A stretch of DNA of 60,823 bases. It comes from a virus (taxonomy: Duplodnaviria; Caudoviricetes). Below, piece by piece: positions 18,292-26,998 of this stretch (within the stretch, counting starts at the first letter, position 1; every line of letters begins with the position of its first letter). The stretch is taken from positions 1 to 60,823 of the IMG/VR virus record IMGVR_UViG_3300021957_000035; one strand, 5' to 3'. The position numbers and the translations under genes are program-made. The notes beneath the pieces were generated by a model, which had not been told where the DNA came from, made no database searches, and saw nothing but the letters and a program-made list of their open reading frames with translations.

Positions 18292-18966
18292 TTAATAATT
18301 AAAACTACCTAGTTGCCCTTTGGCAGCAAGATTTAACACTTCTTGTGTTGACATCTCACTAAGTGGTTTGTTTTCATTAGTGTTTGAGACACCTGCTGGT
18401 GCCGCTGTACCCGCTCCTGAGTTAGCTTTAACTCGAAACAGGAATGAGTTATCTTCATTATCTGAGTAAGAGGTAATAAAGTCTTGAATAGTAGTGCCTG
18501 ACTTATGAACCCAACTACCGTTGTCATTCTGAACAAGTTGCTCAACAATATCACGGTAAGCTAGTTGACGACTACGATCATTGCGGAAATCTAAACTACC
18601 AAGCAATGAGTTAACAACGCTATCTCGATTTAACTTAGTATTCTCTTCTTCGTAGACTTTTAGTTTAGCTTCAAGATCAGCAATTTTCATTTCTGATAGT
18701 TCTTGAAGTTTTCCTTCTTCTTCGAGCCGCTTCATCGTTTCTTGTTTTTGTTGTTGTTCGATTTCAGCAGCTTTCTTAAGAGCCTCGTCTCGCTCTTTAG
18801 CCATGCGGTCAACATTAGACTTCATTTTAGAAAGTCTATTGGCAACCTCTTGTTCAATTGGATCAACCGTTTCAGATGTTTCCTCCTGAACATTTTCTTG
18901 TTCATTAGTCTCATTGGACTCTGTTGCAGTTACTTCTTCTTCAACTACTGTATTTTCTTCACTCAT
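18292..18966 (-). CDS. capsid scaffolding protein
   Basis: Acidic coiled-coil protein immediately before the capsid gene. Confidence 0.8.
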   Translation of the reverse strand: MSEENTVVEEEVTATESNETNEQENVQEETSETVDPIEQEVANRLSKMKSNVDRMAKERDEALKKAAEIEQQQKQETMKRLEEEGKLQELSEMKIADLEAKLKVYEEENTKLNRDSVVNSLLGSLDFRNDRSRQLAYRDIVEQLVQNDNGSWVHKSGTTIQDFITSYSDNEDNSFLFRVKANSGAGTAAPAGVSNTNENKPLSEMSTQEVLNLAAKGQLGSFNY

Positions 18967-18978
18967 AATATTTTCCTT

Positions 18979-19023
18979 TCAAGCACAGCTTGAGGTTAAT
19001 GTTTAATTTTGATTCACAGAATC
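18979..19023 (-). promoter_or_regulatory. tandem RNA stem-loops with an identical CUGUG apex in the scaffold leader
   Basis: GATT-CTGTG-AATC (19011-19023) and TCAAG-CTGTG-CTTGA (18979-18993), the latter abutting the SD. Confidence 0.5.
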
Positions 19024-19051
19024 TAAAAAGGTCATAGGCTATTACAAATAA

Positions 19052-22000
19052 CTATGGCCCGATACCATACCAGTCCTGCCCGTCTTTGAGCGGTGCTAGT
19101 ATGTCTTTTCTTGTTATTTTATTAGGAGGGTCAATAAGACCCTGATCTTTAGCTTCTTTAAGAAGCCTTTGGTAAGTTCTATAAGACATTCCTTGTCTGC
19201 GCATTTCTCTAAGGGTTTTTCTTATAGTATCGCCTTCTAGGGCATCTGCATAGATGGTCCTTAAAGCATCTTTTGCACGTCTTGCTTCACCTATATTAGT
19301 AAAGAAAGCATCGTGAATTGTTCCACTGTCTACGTTATTTTTACGCGCCCATAAATGAAAGCGCCTAACTATAACAGCATCGTTACTGTGGTTTCCATTA
19401 ACACCTAATCCAATCCTAGCATCATTAAGAGAGCCTTTACCTAAAAGCTTTCCGTCTTCAGCGCTGGATTCGTATATGTTAGATATTTTTCTGTTTGTAA
19501 CCGGATCTCTAAATTCAATACGCTCTTGAATTTTAGGACGGTATCTTTGTGTCATTATCTTGCCATCAAATGTAACCCACGGAATATCAACTTTTTGAGT
19601 TTCTTCAACGTAGGCTTTAGCAACTTGTTTCCAATAATTAATAAAATTATCAGTAACAGGTGCTCTATCAGCAAGATTTTTAGACATAATTCTAGATATT
19701 TCTGAGAACTCTTTTGGCCCAATAATACCCCTGCGAGCATTAGTAAGCTTATTAACAAAGTCACCAACATCAGGGTGTATATCTTGAGCTTGTTTTAATA
19801 GTGTACGACCAACAGGTTCGTTTTTATTAATTAACTCTAAGAGTTCGCTGCGAAAACTTTTAAGTTCTTCTACTGTACCTGTTGCACCTAATCGTTCGGC
19901 TACTTTAATTTTACCGTCAACAACTCTAAGGTTAGTACCTAGATTATCTTTAGTAACTGTTATAAAGCCTTTTTCGTCAAGTACTTTAGACAACTTATTA
20001 GCCACGTTAGCGGTTTTCGTAGCAGCTCCAGCGCCATAAAATGATACCATGTTTTGAGCTTTGGCTGCTTTAGCAAGATCTTCCCATGTAAGATTAGCAT
20101 CTCTGAGTGCAGGTATTTTAAGAAATTCTGGGTCATTTACTGTATCCATTGCAACTAAGTCATAAAGACGGTTTTTTTGAGTTGTAGCTAAAACATTTGA
20201 AGCTTGCGATACTGCCCTGTCGCCTGTAGAAAGCCCGATGATCTGAGCTCCACTGGATGAGGCATCATTTTCAATCATAAGTTTTGTTTTATAACTAGTA
20301 AGAGGTTTGTCTTGTTTAAGGTGTTTATTTATTCTAGCATATTCAATTGCCATTCTACCCATCTTAGGTACTTCTGGCCCTTCTAAACCCCGTATTAACG
20401 GATGTTCAAGAAACTCTCTTAGACGTCTGTCTCTTTGAGTTTTAGACATCATAATGTTACCTAGCTCAATAATCTTAGATTCATTACGTTTAAATATAGC
20501 ATTACGACCTGCTTGAGTAAGTGCTTCAGTTCCTGGACCGATTAAAGCTCCCATTTGAATTCTAAGTTCATCTAAAGCTTCAGTGCTCATATTAACAGCT
20601 TTACCTGAATTAAGAAAAGGTCTAACTAGTTCGCCGCCCGTAGGTGTAAGATATCCTCTGTGATATACTCGCCCCCTAGAATCAATAAACGCTTGAGTCC
20701 TAAAGTTTTTCCCTCTTTGAGCATGATACTTAGCAGTAGACATAAGTCCATAACCTTGTTCTCCTCGATTTAAAATTTCATGACGAAACTCATTAATACT
20801 GTCATAGTACTTAGATCTCCCTCTAGGATCTCTGAATCTAGCAATATCGTCCATAAACCCGAAGAACTCGTTATCAACTCCATATTCAACATCCATTACA
20901 TGATTAAGCATTTGAGCCATCTCACGATCAATTTGTTTAGGATCGTAATCTGGAAATTTATCTCTAGAGATTAAAGGTACCCCTGTTTCATTACCTCTGG
21001 CATCTACATATGTCTTTTTGTTAGCTTTTACATAAAGTCGATCTCTATCGTAAACAGTTCCAAGTCTTCTAGCAATAGTTACTTTACGTTCTGCTTCTTG
21101 AAGTTTAAGTAAAGTCTTATCTACAACAATTACTTCTCTAGAAATGCTATCTGCCCAACCACCTGAAGCTCTACCTGTATCTAAATCTAAAACACCTCTT
21201 CGAGTCTTACCTCTAAATTGAACTTTAATAAGGCCTTGATCTACCATAAAGTCAAGTATTTTAGATCCTTCTTTATGAAAGTCTTGCAAAGTATGTTTAG
21301 TAAAGGGTATGATATTCTCAAAATCTTTAGAAAATCTTTTTCCTATATTAATAGCTAAAGTATCATAATCAGTAGATTGCCCTGATGCAACTAGTTTAGC
21401 AATATTAGTTAAACTATCTAAAGCTTTTTCATCAAATAATTTAGAAGTAGGTTTTTTGTTTATAATTAAAAACTCAGCATCTAAAAGTCTACGTATAGTC
21501 TCTCTATTACGAGCAGCTAACTTAGTAATCAAAGAGTCAGAAGGTTCAGTTACTAGCTTTTGTAATTTTAAAAGTTTAGCAAAACCAGAATCTTTTTTTA
21601 ATTGCTTAATAAGTCGTTTTTTATTAGGATATTTATCAGTGAACTTTTTAAAATAAATTCTTAATGGCGCTCTGCCTTTAAAGAACATTTTAGTAGCTAA
21701 TTTTTTACCTTCAGTTCTACGCCATGCATCAATAAATCTTTGATCTTTTAGCTGGCTATCAATTAGGTTTTCAAAAGTATAATACTTACCCATAATTTGA
21801 ACTTGAGGTTTGTCTTGAGATAAATAACTAACAAACATTTCAGAACGCTTACGAGATCGTGTATCTAACAGCCTAGAAACGTTTTGAACAGCAAATCTAT
21901 TTTCTGCTCTTAATACAGCCGAAACATCATTCCAAGGTTTTTTATCTTTAGCATAACGTTCAAATACAACTCTTAAGTTTTCAATTACAACAGTTTGTTG

Positions 22001-23407
22001 ATTAACTGAAACTTTGTCATCTAATCCTGCAGCAATGCTTTCAATAAAATCTTTTTCATCTTGTTTAAGAAGTTTAGAATTACGCATAAAGTCAATACGT
22101 TCTTGATACAAGTTAAAATCAGGATCATAAATGTTATTGTTTTTAATTTCACCTGTTAACGGGTCAGCGCTAAAGTTACGTTCATCAAACTCGTTACCTA
22201 CTCTGCGCCTTGAAGCAGTTTTACCTGCAAGACTAGTACCTTTATAGTCTGTTAAAGACATAGTTTTAGAGTAATCATCAGCATCAAGTAAAAACATTTG
22301 CCTTACTAAAGCTTTCTGTTCTGGTGAGCGTAGCATAGAACTAGGGCGTTTAGCTTGAATATCTACTGCTTGCTCTCTAAGTTTTTGTTTAGGTGCAAAT
22401 ATAGCAGTAGCATTAGTAGCTTTATTTCTCAAAGCTTGAATAGACAATGCTTTACCTTTAGGTGTAACATACTGTTCAGCCTTAAGCCTTCCTTGTCTAA
22501 ATAAATTAGCTTGGTCCATTCCTCCAAGAAGTTTAGCTTGAATATCATAAGCTTGACGTTTTAACCATGCTCCGTAAGATTCTACTTTAGGTGCAACACC
22601 TGAAAGCGATTCTTCTTTCTTTTTAGCAAGGTTTGTTTTATTAAGTCTATTAGTGGTTTCTTTTTGAAGCTCTTCTTTAGATTTTAATACAGGCACCAAA
22701 GAACTACGACAATTCCAATGCAAAGGAGGAGTAAAGCGTCTATCGCTAACATCGTAAATCTTTCCATTATGATAAGAACAAATAGGGCTAGTACGGCTAT
22801 CAAGCACAGCAGTAAATACATAGCCTTTAACTACATGAGAATTTGCTTCTACAACTTTATTTAAAGCTGCTGTTTGAGTACTAGTTATAGAAGTTCTAGT
22901 TAAAGTTTTAGCCTGATGTTCAGTAAGCTTAGTAGTTTTAAGCACGTTGTTAATAATATCTTTAGGTGCTTCGCCTTTAGCAAGTCCTGCTTTTACTTTA
23001 GATTGTATTCTAACAAGTTCACCTGATGAAATGTTTTTCATATTTTGAGTAACTGTTTTAACACCTTTAATGTTTGATCCAGTTATTTCAGCAAGTAATT
23101 CTTTACTACGTGGCTTTGAAACCTTATAAAATTTATTTAGTTCTTTGTTTAGATTGTCCGAATGAAAGTCCAGTTGAGACGTTGAAAATTCTTTTAAAGA
23201 ACTAGTTTGATGAGTTAACATTTCTCGACCAAAGCGATTTACTTCAGGAGTAACATCATTAGTTAGTCTCTCTGAAAGAATGTCTCTTAAACGCTTCCTA
23301 TGCCTACGCATAATACGTCTGTTTTGTAACTGTACGCCTTCTTCGTATAATCTTACGTCAGTCATATGATCAACAATACGATCATAAAGTTTTAAATTGA
23401 TATCCAT
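19052..23407 (-). CDS. MuF (SPP1 gp7-like) head protein fused to a T7-superfamily RNA polymerase; putative virion RNAP
   Basis: N-terminus AVLDSRTSPIC...PPLHWNCRS (MuF); C-terminus DSRGRVY, ENDASSSGAQ, KAQNMVSFYG, NHSNDA, IHDAF. Confidence 0.9.
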   Translation of the reverse strand: MDINLKLYDRIVDHMTDVRLYEEGVQLQNRRIMRRHRKRLRDILSERLTNDVTPEVNRFGREMLTHQTSSLKEFSTSQLDFHSDNLNKELNKFYKVSKPRSKELLAEITGSNIKGVKTVTQNMKNISSGELVRIQSKVKAGLAKGEAPKDIINNVLKTTKLTEHQAKTLTRTSITSTQTAALNKVVEANSHVVKGYVFTAVLDSRTSPICSYHNGKIYDVSDRRFTPPLHWNCRSSLVPVLKSKEELQKETTNRLNKTNLAKKKEESLSGVAPKVESYGAWLKRQAYDIQAKLLGGMDQANLFRQGRLKAEQYVTPKGKALSIQALRNKATNATAIFAPKQKLREQAVDIQAKRPSSMLRSPEQKALVRQMFLLDADDYSKTMSLTDYKGTSLAGKTASRRRVGNEFDERNFSADPLTGEIKNNNIYDPDFNLYQERIDFMRNSKLLKQDEKDFIESIAAGLDDKVSVNQQTVVIENLRVVFERYAKDKKPWNDVSAVLRAENRFAVQNVSRLLDTRSRKRSEMFVSYLSQDKPQVQIMGKYYTFENLIDSQLKDQRFIDAWRRTEGKKLATKMFFKGRAPLRIYFKKFTDKYPNKKRLIKQLKKDSGFAKLLKLQKLVTEPSDSLITKLAARNRETIRRLLDAEFLIINKKPTSKLFDEKALDSLTNIAKLVASGQSTDYDTLAINIGKRFSKDFENIIPFTKHTLQDFHKEGSKILDFMVDQGLIKVQFRGKTRRGVLDLDTGRASGGWADSISREVIVVDKTLLKLQEAERKVTIARRLGTVYDRDRLYVKANKKTYVDARGNETGVPLISRDKFPDYDPKQIDREMAQMLNHVMDVEYGVDNEFFGFMDDIARFRDPRGRSKYYDSINEFRHEILNRGEQGYGLMSTAKYHAQRGKNFRTQAFIDSRGRVYHRGYLTPTGGELVRPFLNSGKAVNMSTEALDELRIQMGALIGPGTEALTQAGRNAIFKRNESKIIELGNIMMSKTQRDRRLREFLEHPLIRGLEGPEVPKMGRMAIEYARINKHLKQDKPLTSYKTKLMIENDASSSGAQIIGLSTGDRAVSQASNVLATTQKNRLYDLVAMDTVNDPEFLKIPALRDANLTWEDLAKAAKAQNMVSFYGAGAATKTANVANKLSKVLDEKGFITVTKDNLGTNLRVVDGKIKVAERLGATGTVEELKSFRSELLELINKNEPVGRTLLKQAQDIHPDVGDFVNKLTNARRGIIGPKEFSEISRIMSKNLADRAPVTDNFINYWKQVAKAYVEETQKVDIPWVTFDGKIMTQRYRPKIQERIEFRDPVTNRKISNIYESSAEDGKLLGKGSLNDARIGLGVNGNHSNDAVIVRRFHLWARKNNVDSGTIHDAFFTNIGEARRAKDALRTIYADALEGDTIRKTLREMRRQGMSYRTYQRLLKEAKDQGLIDPPNKITRKDILAPLKDGQDWYGIGP

Positions 23408-23434
23408 TTAGTACTCCTCTGAGTAGTAAAATGT

Positions 23435-23884
23435 TTAAAATTTTGATAGAAACCTTGCAATGTGATGTACAAAAGGTAACATTGTAAGTGCCATTAATAA
23501 ATTTAAGCCTGTATGAGCTATTGCTATTCTTAGCGTATCACCCTTGGGCATTCCGTCAGATACTAGCAAACCTGCTAGCCAAATAGTTCCTGTAGTTCCA
23601 ATGTTTGCTCCTAGTACCGCTGCTACAGCAGCAGGTAAAGGGACGACCCCTGAAGCCACTAACGCAATAATTGCAGTAGTAGAAAGAGAAGACGACTGCC
23701 AAAGCAGTGTCATTATAATTGCTCCAAAAAACATATAAATCGGGTTAGCAATAAACCAATTTAAATGGTCTACGTTACCTATTGACTTCATTCCTCCGGA
23801 AAACATTTTAAGCCCTACATAAAATACTATAAGGCCAACTACGATTTGTAAGTAATTGTTTGTTAGTACCTGTAAATAATTCAT
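23435..23884 (-). CDS. Na+/Pi-cotransporter family protein (single repeat)
   Basis: QSSS and GANIGTT signatures; hydrophobic. Confidence 0.85.
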   Translation of the reverse strand: MNYLQVLTNNYLQIVVGLIVFYVGLKMFSGGMKSIGNVDHLNWFIANPIYMFFGAIIMTLLWQSSSLSTTAIIALVASGVVPLPAAVAAVLGANIGTTGTIWLAGLLVSDGMPKGDTLRIAIAHTGLNLLMALTMLPFVHHIARFLSKF

Positions 23885-23886
23885 AA

Positions 23887-25458
23887 CTATTCTTCAATAT
23901 CTATCTGTGGATCAGCGCTAGTTTGAACTGCTAACGGATCAGTTTGTATTTCTTCAATTGCTTCTTCATCACTATAGTCAGCGGGTAAGAAGTCATTGTA
24001 CTTAGCAATGTTAATCCAAGTTGAACGGCTAATAATCCCTGATTGATACCACTCAGAAACAAGGCGCATAGCACCTTCACCACCTACAATAGGAGAAAAG
24101 TCACTAGACATTTGGAATTCTAAGTCATCACCTGTATACATAGTGTTGTAATACCAGTTAAGCATAAATGCCATTACTTCGCGAATAGTACCTGAGACTT
24201 TAGCGTTAAGTGTACCTAGCTGCGCTGTCTGAGAAGCATTACGGATTTCTAGTGCTACACCTGAAGCTGCTTGCTCCGGTGAAAGCATACGAATACCCAT
24301 CTTAGCCATTTCTTCGACTGTACCTTGAATAGCTTTTTCCATGTCGCCTAAAGCTGACGTAGGAGTTTCAAGTACAGTAATAGATTCGTCTTTACGAACT
24401 CTAAGCCAAGTACCTAACCCTGCGTTTACGATGTCGTCAAATTCCTCGTCTGTCATATCTGATTGTACAACAGGGGTATAAGTAGCAGCACCGTAAAGCA
24501 AATGGTTTCGTCTCGATACTTTGTTATAGAGAGAAACTTCACGATCAACTAGCGGCATAAGAACAGGTTCAACTGGTTCATATTGGCCGTTAAGAGGCCA
24601 AGCAGGAATACGCATTAAGCGTTCACCAAACATAGTTGGATAAACTGTATTAACTTTTGTAAAGCCTATTTCGCTAACTGATTCTTTATAGTCTTGAGAT
24701 ATATCACCATTAAGAACTTTAATTTCGTTGTTAGTATCTGGATGTTCATAGTAGTCTAACACAAGACGACCTGATTCATCAATGTAGTGATCACAGACTG
24801 TGTCTACATAATCAGGGTGCCAAGGATTTTCTGGTTTGTATTTTTCTACTAAGTAACGAGTAACCCAACGAGTTAAAGTCTTTTGCCGTGTAATAGGGTG
24901 AGTAGACAACTGAATGTTAATAACGTTTTCAGCTTCAATTACTACTGGATACGGCTTAATCATAGCTCGTTCTTCAGGAGTTAAATTGTCATACTCTTGT
25001 TCGCTAACCTGTGGTCTATCTACATAAACCCAAGACCTTGATGTTTGAAGTTCTTCCCAAAGAGCATTATCAAGAAAGTTAAATAGCGATCTACCGTCTA
25101 GTGTAAAATCATTCTTTAACCATTGTTTAGCATCATCTGGTAGTTCTTCTGGAAGTTCTAAATGAGAGTCTTTACGTAATAAAGCACTAATAAGTACTTT
25201 ACAGTATTGAGCTGTCAAACCTGGAAGTTCTGACTCTGATCGATAAAAGTCATACTGTCGTTGGCTCATGCTAGGTGAAAAAGGAATAAGTAAGTTTTTA
25301 TATTCCGGTTCTAAATACTCATCGTGTGCTTTAACGTTATCTTGTCCTTGCAGAACCGCCCTTGACCGTTTCCAAAGTGGTTTCATAGAATGATAACTTG
25401 CACTTGGATCGGCAACAGACCTTTTAACACTTTTGGTTGGTTTAGTTAACTGTGCCAT
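23887..25458 (-). CDS. portal protein
   Basis: 523 aa, first large head gene; SGVALEIR and ISRSTW motifs. Confidence 0.8.
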   Translation of the reverse strand: MAQLTKPTKSVKRSVADPSASYHSMKPLWKRSRAVLQGQDNVKAHDEYLEPEYKNLLIPFSPSMSQRQYDFYRSESELPGLTAQYCKVLISALLRKDSHLELPEELPDDAKQWLKNDFTLDGRSLFNFLDNALWEELQTSRSWVYVDRPQVSEQEYDNLTPEERAMIKPYPVVIEAENVINIQLSTHPITRQKTLTRWVTRYLVEKYKPENPWHPDYVDTVCDHYIDESGRLVLDYYEHPDTNNEIKVLNGDISQDYKESVSEIGFTKVNTVYPTMFGERLMRIPAWPLNGQYEPVEPVLMPLVDREVSLYNKVSRRNHLLYGAATYTPVVQSDMTDEEFDDIVNAGLGTWLRVRKDESITVLETPTSALGDMEKAIQGTVEEMAKMGIRMLSPEQAASGVALEIRNASQTAQLGTLNAKVSGTIREVMAFMLNWYYNTMYTGDDLEFQMSSDFSPIVGGEGAMRLVSEWYQSGIISRSTWINIAKYNDFLPADYSDEEAIEEIQTDPLAVQTSADPQIDIEE

Positions 25459-25471
25459 TATTTATTTTCCT

Positions 25472-25759
25472 TTACCACTTTACTTTATTCGCCCAATATG
25501 CAGCAGACATTTTGCCTTTGGCTATATTAGTAGCATGACGAGCTTTCCAAGCTAATCTACGAGATTTATATTTATCAGATTCATTTGCTTTTTTAGGGGA
25601 ACCTACTGCTCCCTGAGAACCGAATCTAATAGTTTTAATTGTATCACCAGACTTAGCCACAACAATATGAGACTTAGTTGGATGGTTAGGAGTACGTTTA
25701 GGCTTATTAAAGCCAGAGACTCCAGCACGAGTAAGTCGTGAGTCTTTCTTTTGAGCCAT
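25472..25759 (-). CDS. small basic hypothetical protein
   Basis: K/R-rich, GVSGFNKPKRTP...SAAYWANKVKW. Confidence 0.7.
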   Translation of the reverse strand: MAQKKDSRLTRAGVSGFNKPKRTPNHPTKSHIVVAKSGDTIKTIRFGSQGAVGSPKKANESDKYKSRRLAWKARHATNIAKGKMSAAYWANKVKW

Positions 25760-25849
25760 AACGATTTCTTTCTATTAATAAAAACAATATACATTAAAAT
25801 AAACTTTAAGGTATACTTTAAAGTATATTATAAATAAACCTAGCGGTTA

Positions 25850-25868
25850 TTCTTAAACGTCAGGTATT
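25850..25868 (-). promoter_or_regulatory. phage RNAP promoter, class 2 late variant (AATACCTGACGTTTAAGAA)
   Basis: Identical to 25942 and 50915; heads the head/tail operon. Confidence 0.85.
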
Positions 25869-25870
25869 GT

Positions 25871-25894
25871 GAAGAAGCCCCGAAGGGCTTCCTC
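25871..25894 (-). terminator. UUCG hairpin between the tandem promoters
   Basis: GAGGAAGCCC-TTCG-GGGCTTCTTC; weak U tract. Confidence 0.55.
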
Positions 25895-25941
25895 TGAATA
25901 GAGACTGTCAGATGTTTAATCTGTCTCTTTGTTATCTTTTA

Positions 25942-25960
25942 TTCTTAAACGTCAGGTATT
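25942..25960 (-). promoter_or_regulatory. phage RNAP promoter, class 2 late variant
   Basis: Exact copy of the motif at 25850, 92 bp upstream. Confidence 0.85.
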
Positions 25961-26313
25961 TACTTTTTGCCAAAAAACTTACTAACACCTCGCATACCAA
26001 TGCTAGCACTAACAATACCTCCAAGAGAATATTGATACCACGCTGGCATAGCTTCAAGGGCAGCAAAGCCTTGAGCAACAATAATATTACCCCAATCACC
26101 ACAAAAAGCTAAAATTAAAGGTATTGAAAATAATAAAGTAATCCACTCGTCTTTCCACGAGTTTTGAGTAGCTTTAATTGCTTCAATATCCCAATCAATT
26201 TCACCTGTAGCTTGTTTAACTTTAATTTCTGCGTTAGCCTTTTGTACAGCAACTTTACCATCTAGGTAAGTAGTAGCTAAACCACCAACAGCACCTAAAA
26301 TTTGCCCTATCAT
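25960..26313 (-). CDS. putative holin
   Basis: Hydrophobic helices, SWKDEW, basic C-terminus; adjacent to the endolysin. Confidence 0.65.
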   Translation of the reverse strand: MIGQILGAVGGLATTYLDGKVAVQKANAEIKVKQATGEIDWDIEAIKATQNSWKDEWITLLFSIPLILAFCGDWGNIIVAQGFAALEAMPAWYQYSLGGIVSASIGMRGVSKFFGKK

Positions 26314-26765
26314 GAAGCTAATTCAAAGTGAGGACCATCAATAAATGGACGCCTGTTTTGTGATCTTCGAGTATCAATATAAGACATCATAGCAGCCTCT
26401 GCTGTACCTTCCCAAGAGCGAATGTCAGGAATATGCCAAGCAGCTCCCCAACGTATTGGAACACCTTCTGAAACAGCAGCTTCCTTCATAGCGTCTGCAA
26501 GGTCATCATAAACATTAAGTTCCCAACAACCTTTACCGTCTACGTAAGCCATAAGGTCTACAGCATTACCGTCAAGGTGTTTTGATTTTAATGTTTGAGA
26601 CTTACCTGCAGCAACAAGCTTCTTTTGCTCTTCAAGTGTTCTAAGCCCGTACACAACACCAAAGTCTACTTTAGTAAGTTGTATAGCTTTGTGTACAACA
26701 TTAACCAAGTTATGATTAACGCCTTCTAACTTGTCTAAACTTCTTTTACTTAATTTAAAACTCAT
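26310..26765 (-). CDS. endolysin, peptidase M15 family
   Basis: GLRT.EEQ, SKHLDGNAVD, DGPHFEL; likely start MSFKLS at 26765. Confidence 0.9.
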   Translation of the reverse strand: MSFKLSKRSLDKLEGVNHNLVNVVHKAIQLTKVDFGVVYGLRTLEEQKKLVAAGKSQTLKSKHLDGNAVDLMAYVDGKGCWELNVYDDLADAMKEAAVSEGVPIRWGAAWHIPDIRSWEGTAEAAMMSYIDTRRSQNRRPFIDGPHFELAS

Positions 26766-26766
26766 C

Positions 26767-26979
26767 TTAATGTCCTTTATGTTTTTCATTACCAAGCCAT
26801 ACAGCAAAGCAGCCTGTTAGTGCGCCCATGCACACTGAAACTAAGCCACTTTGTTGTATTGTAGGATCTGTTAGCGACATATACCAATGTACAGATTGAT
26901 ACGTTAAAACTGTAACAGCTAACATCATTAAACGAGGCATAATTTGCCACTGTAAAATTCGTTCCATTGCTATTGTCAT
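26767..26979 (-). CDS. small two-TM membrane protein
   Basis: Two hydrophobic segments in the lysis cassette. Confidence 0.6.
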   Translation of the reverse strand: MTIAMERILQWQIMPRLMMLAVTVLTYQSVHWYMSLTDPTIQQSGLVSVCMGALTGCFAVWLGNEKHKGH

Positions 26980-26998
26980 TTATTTTCCCTTTTTTTTT

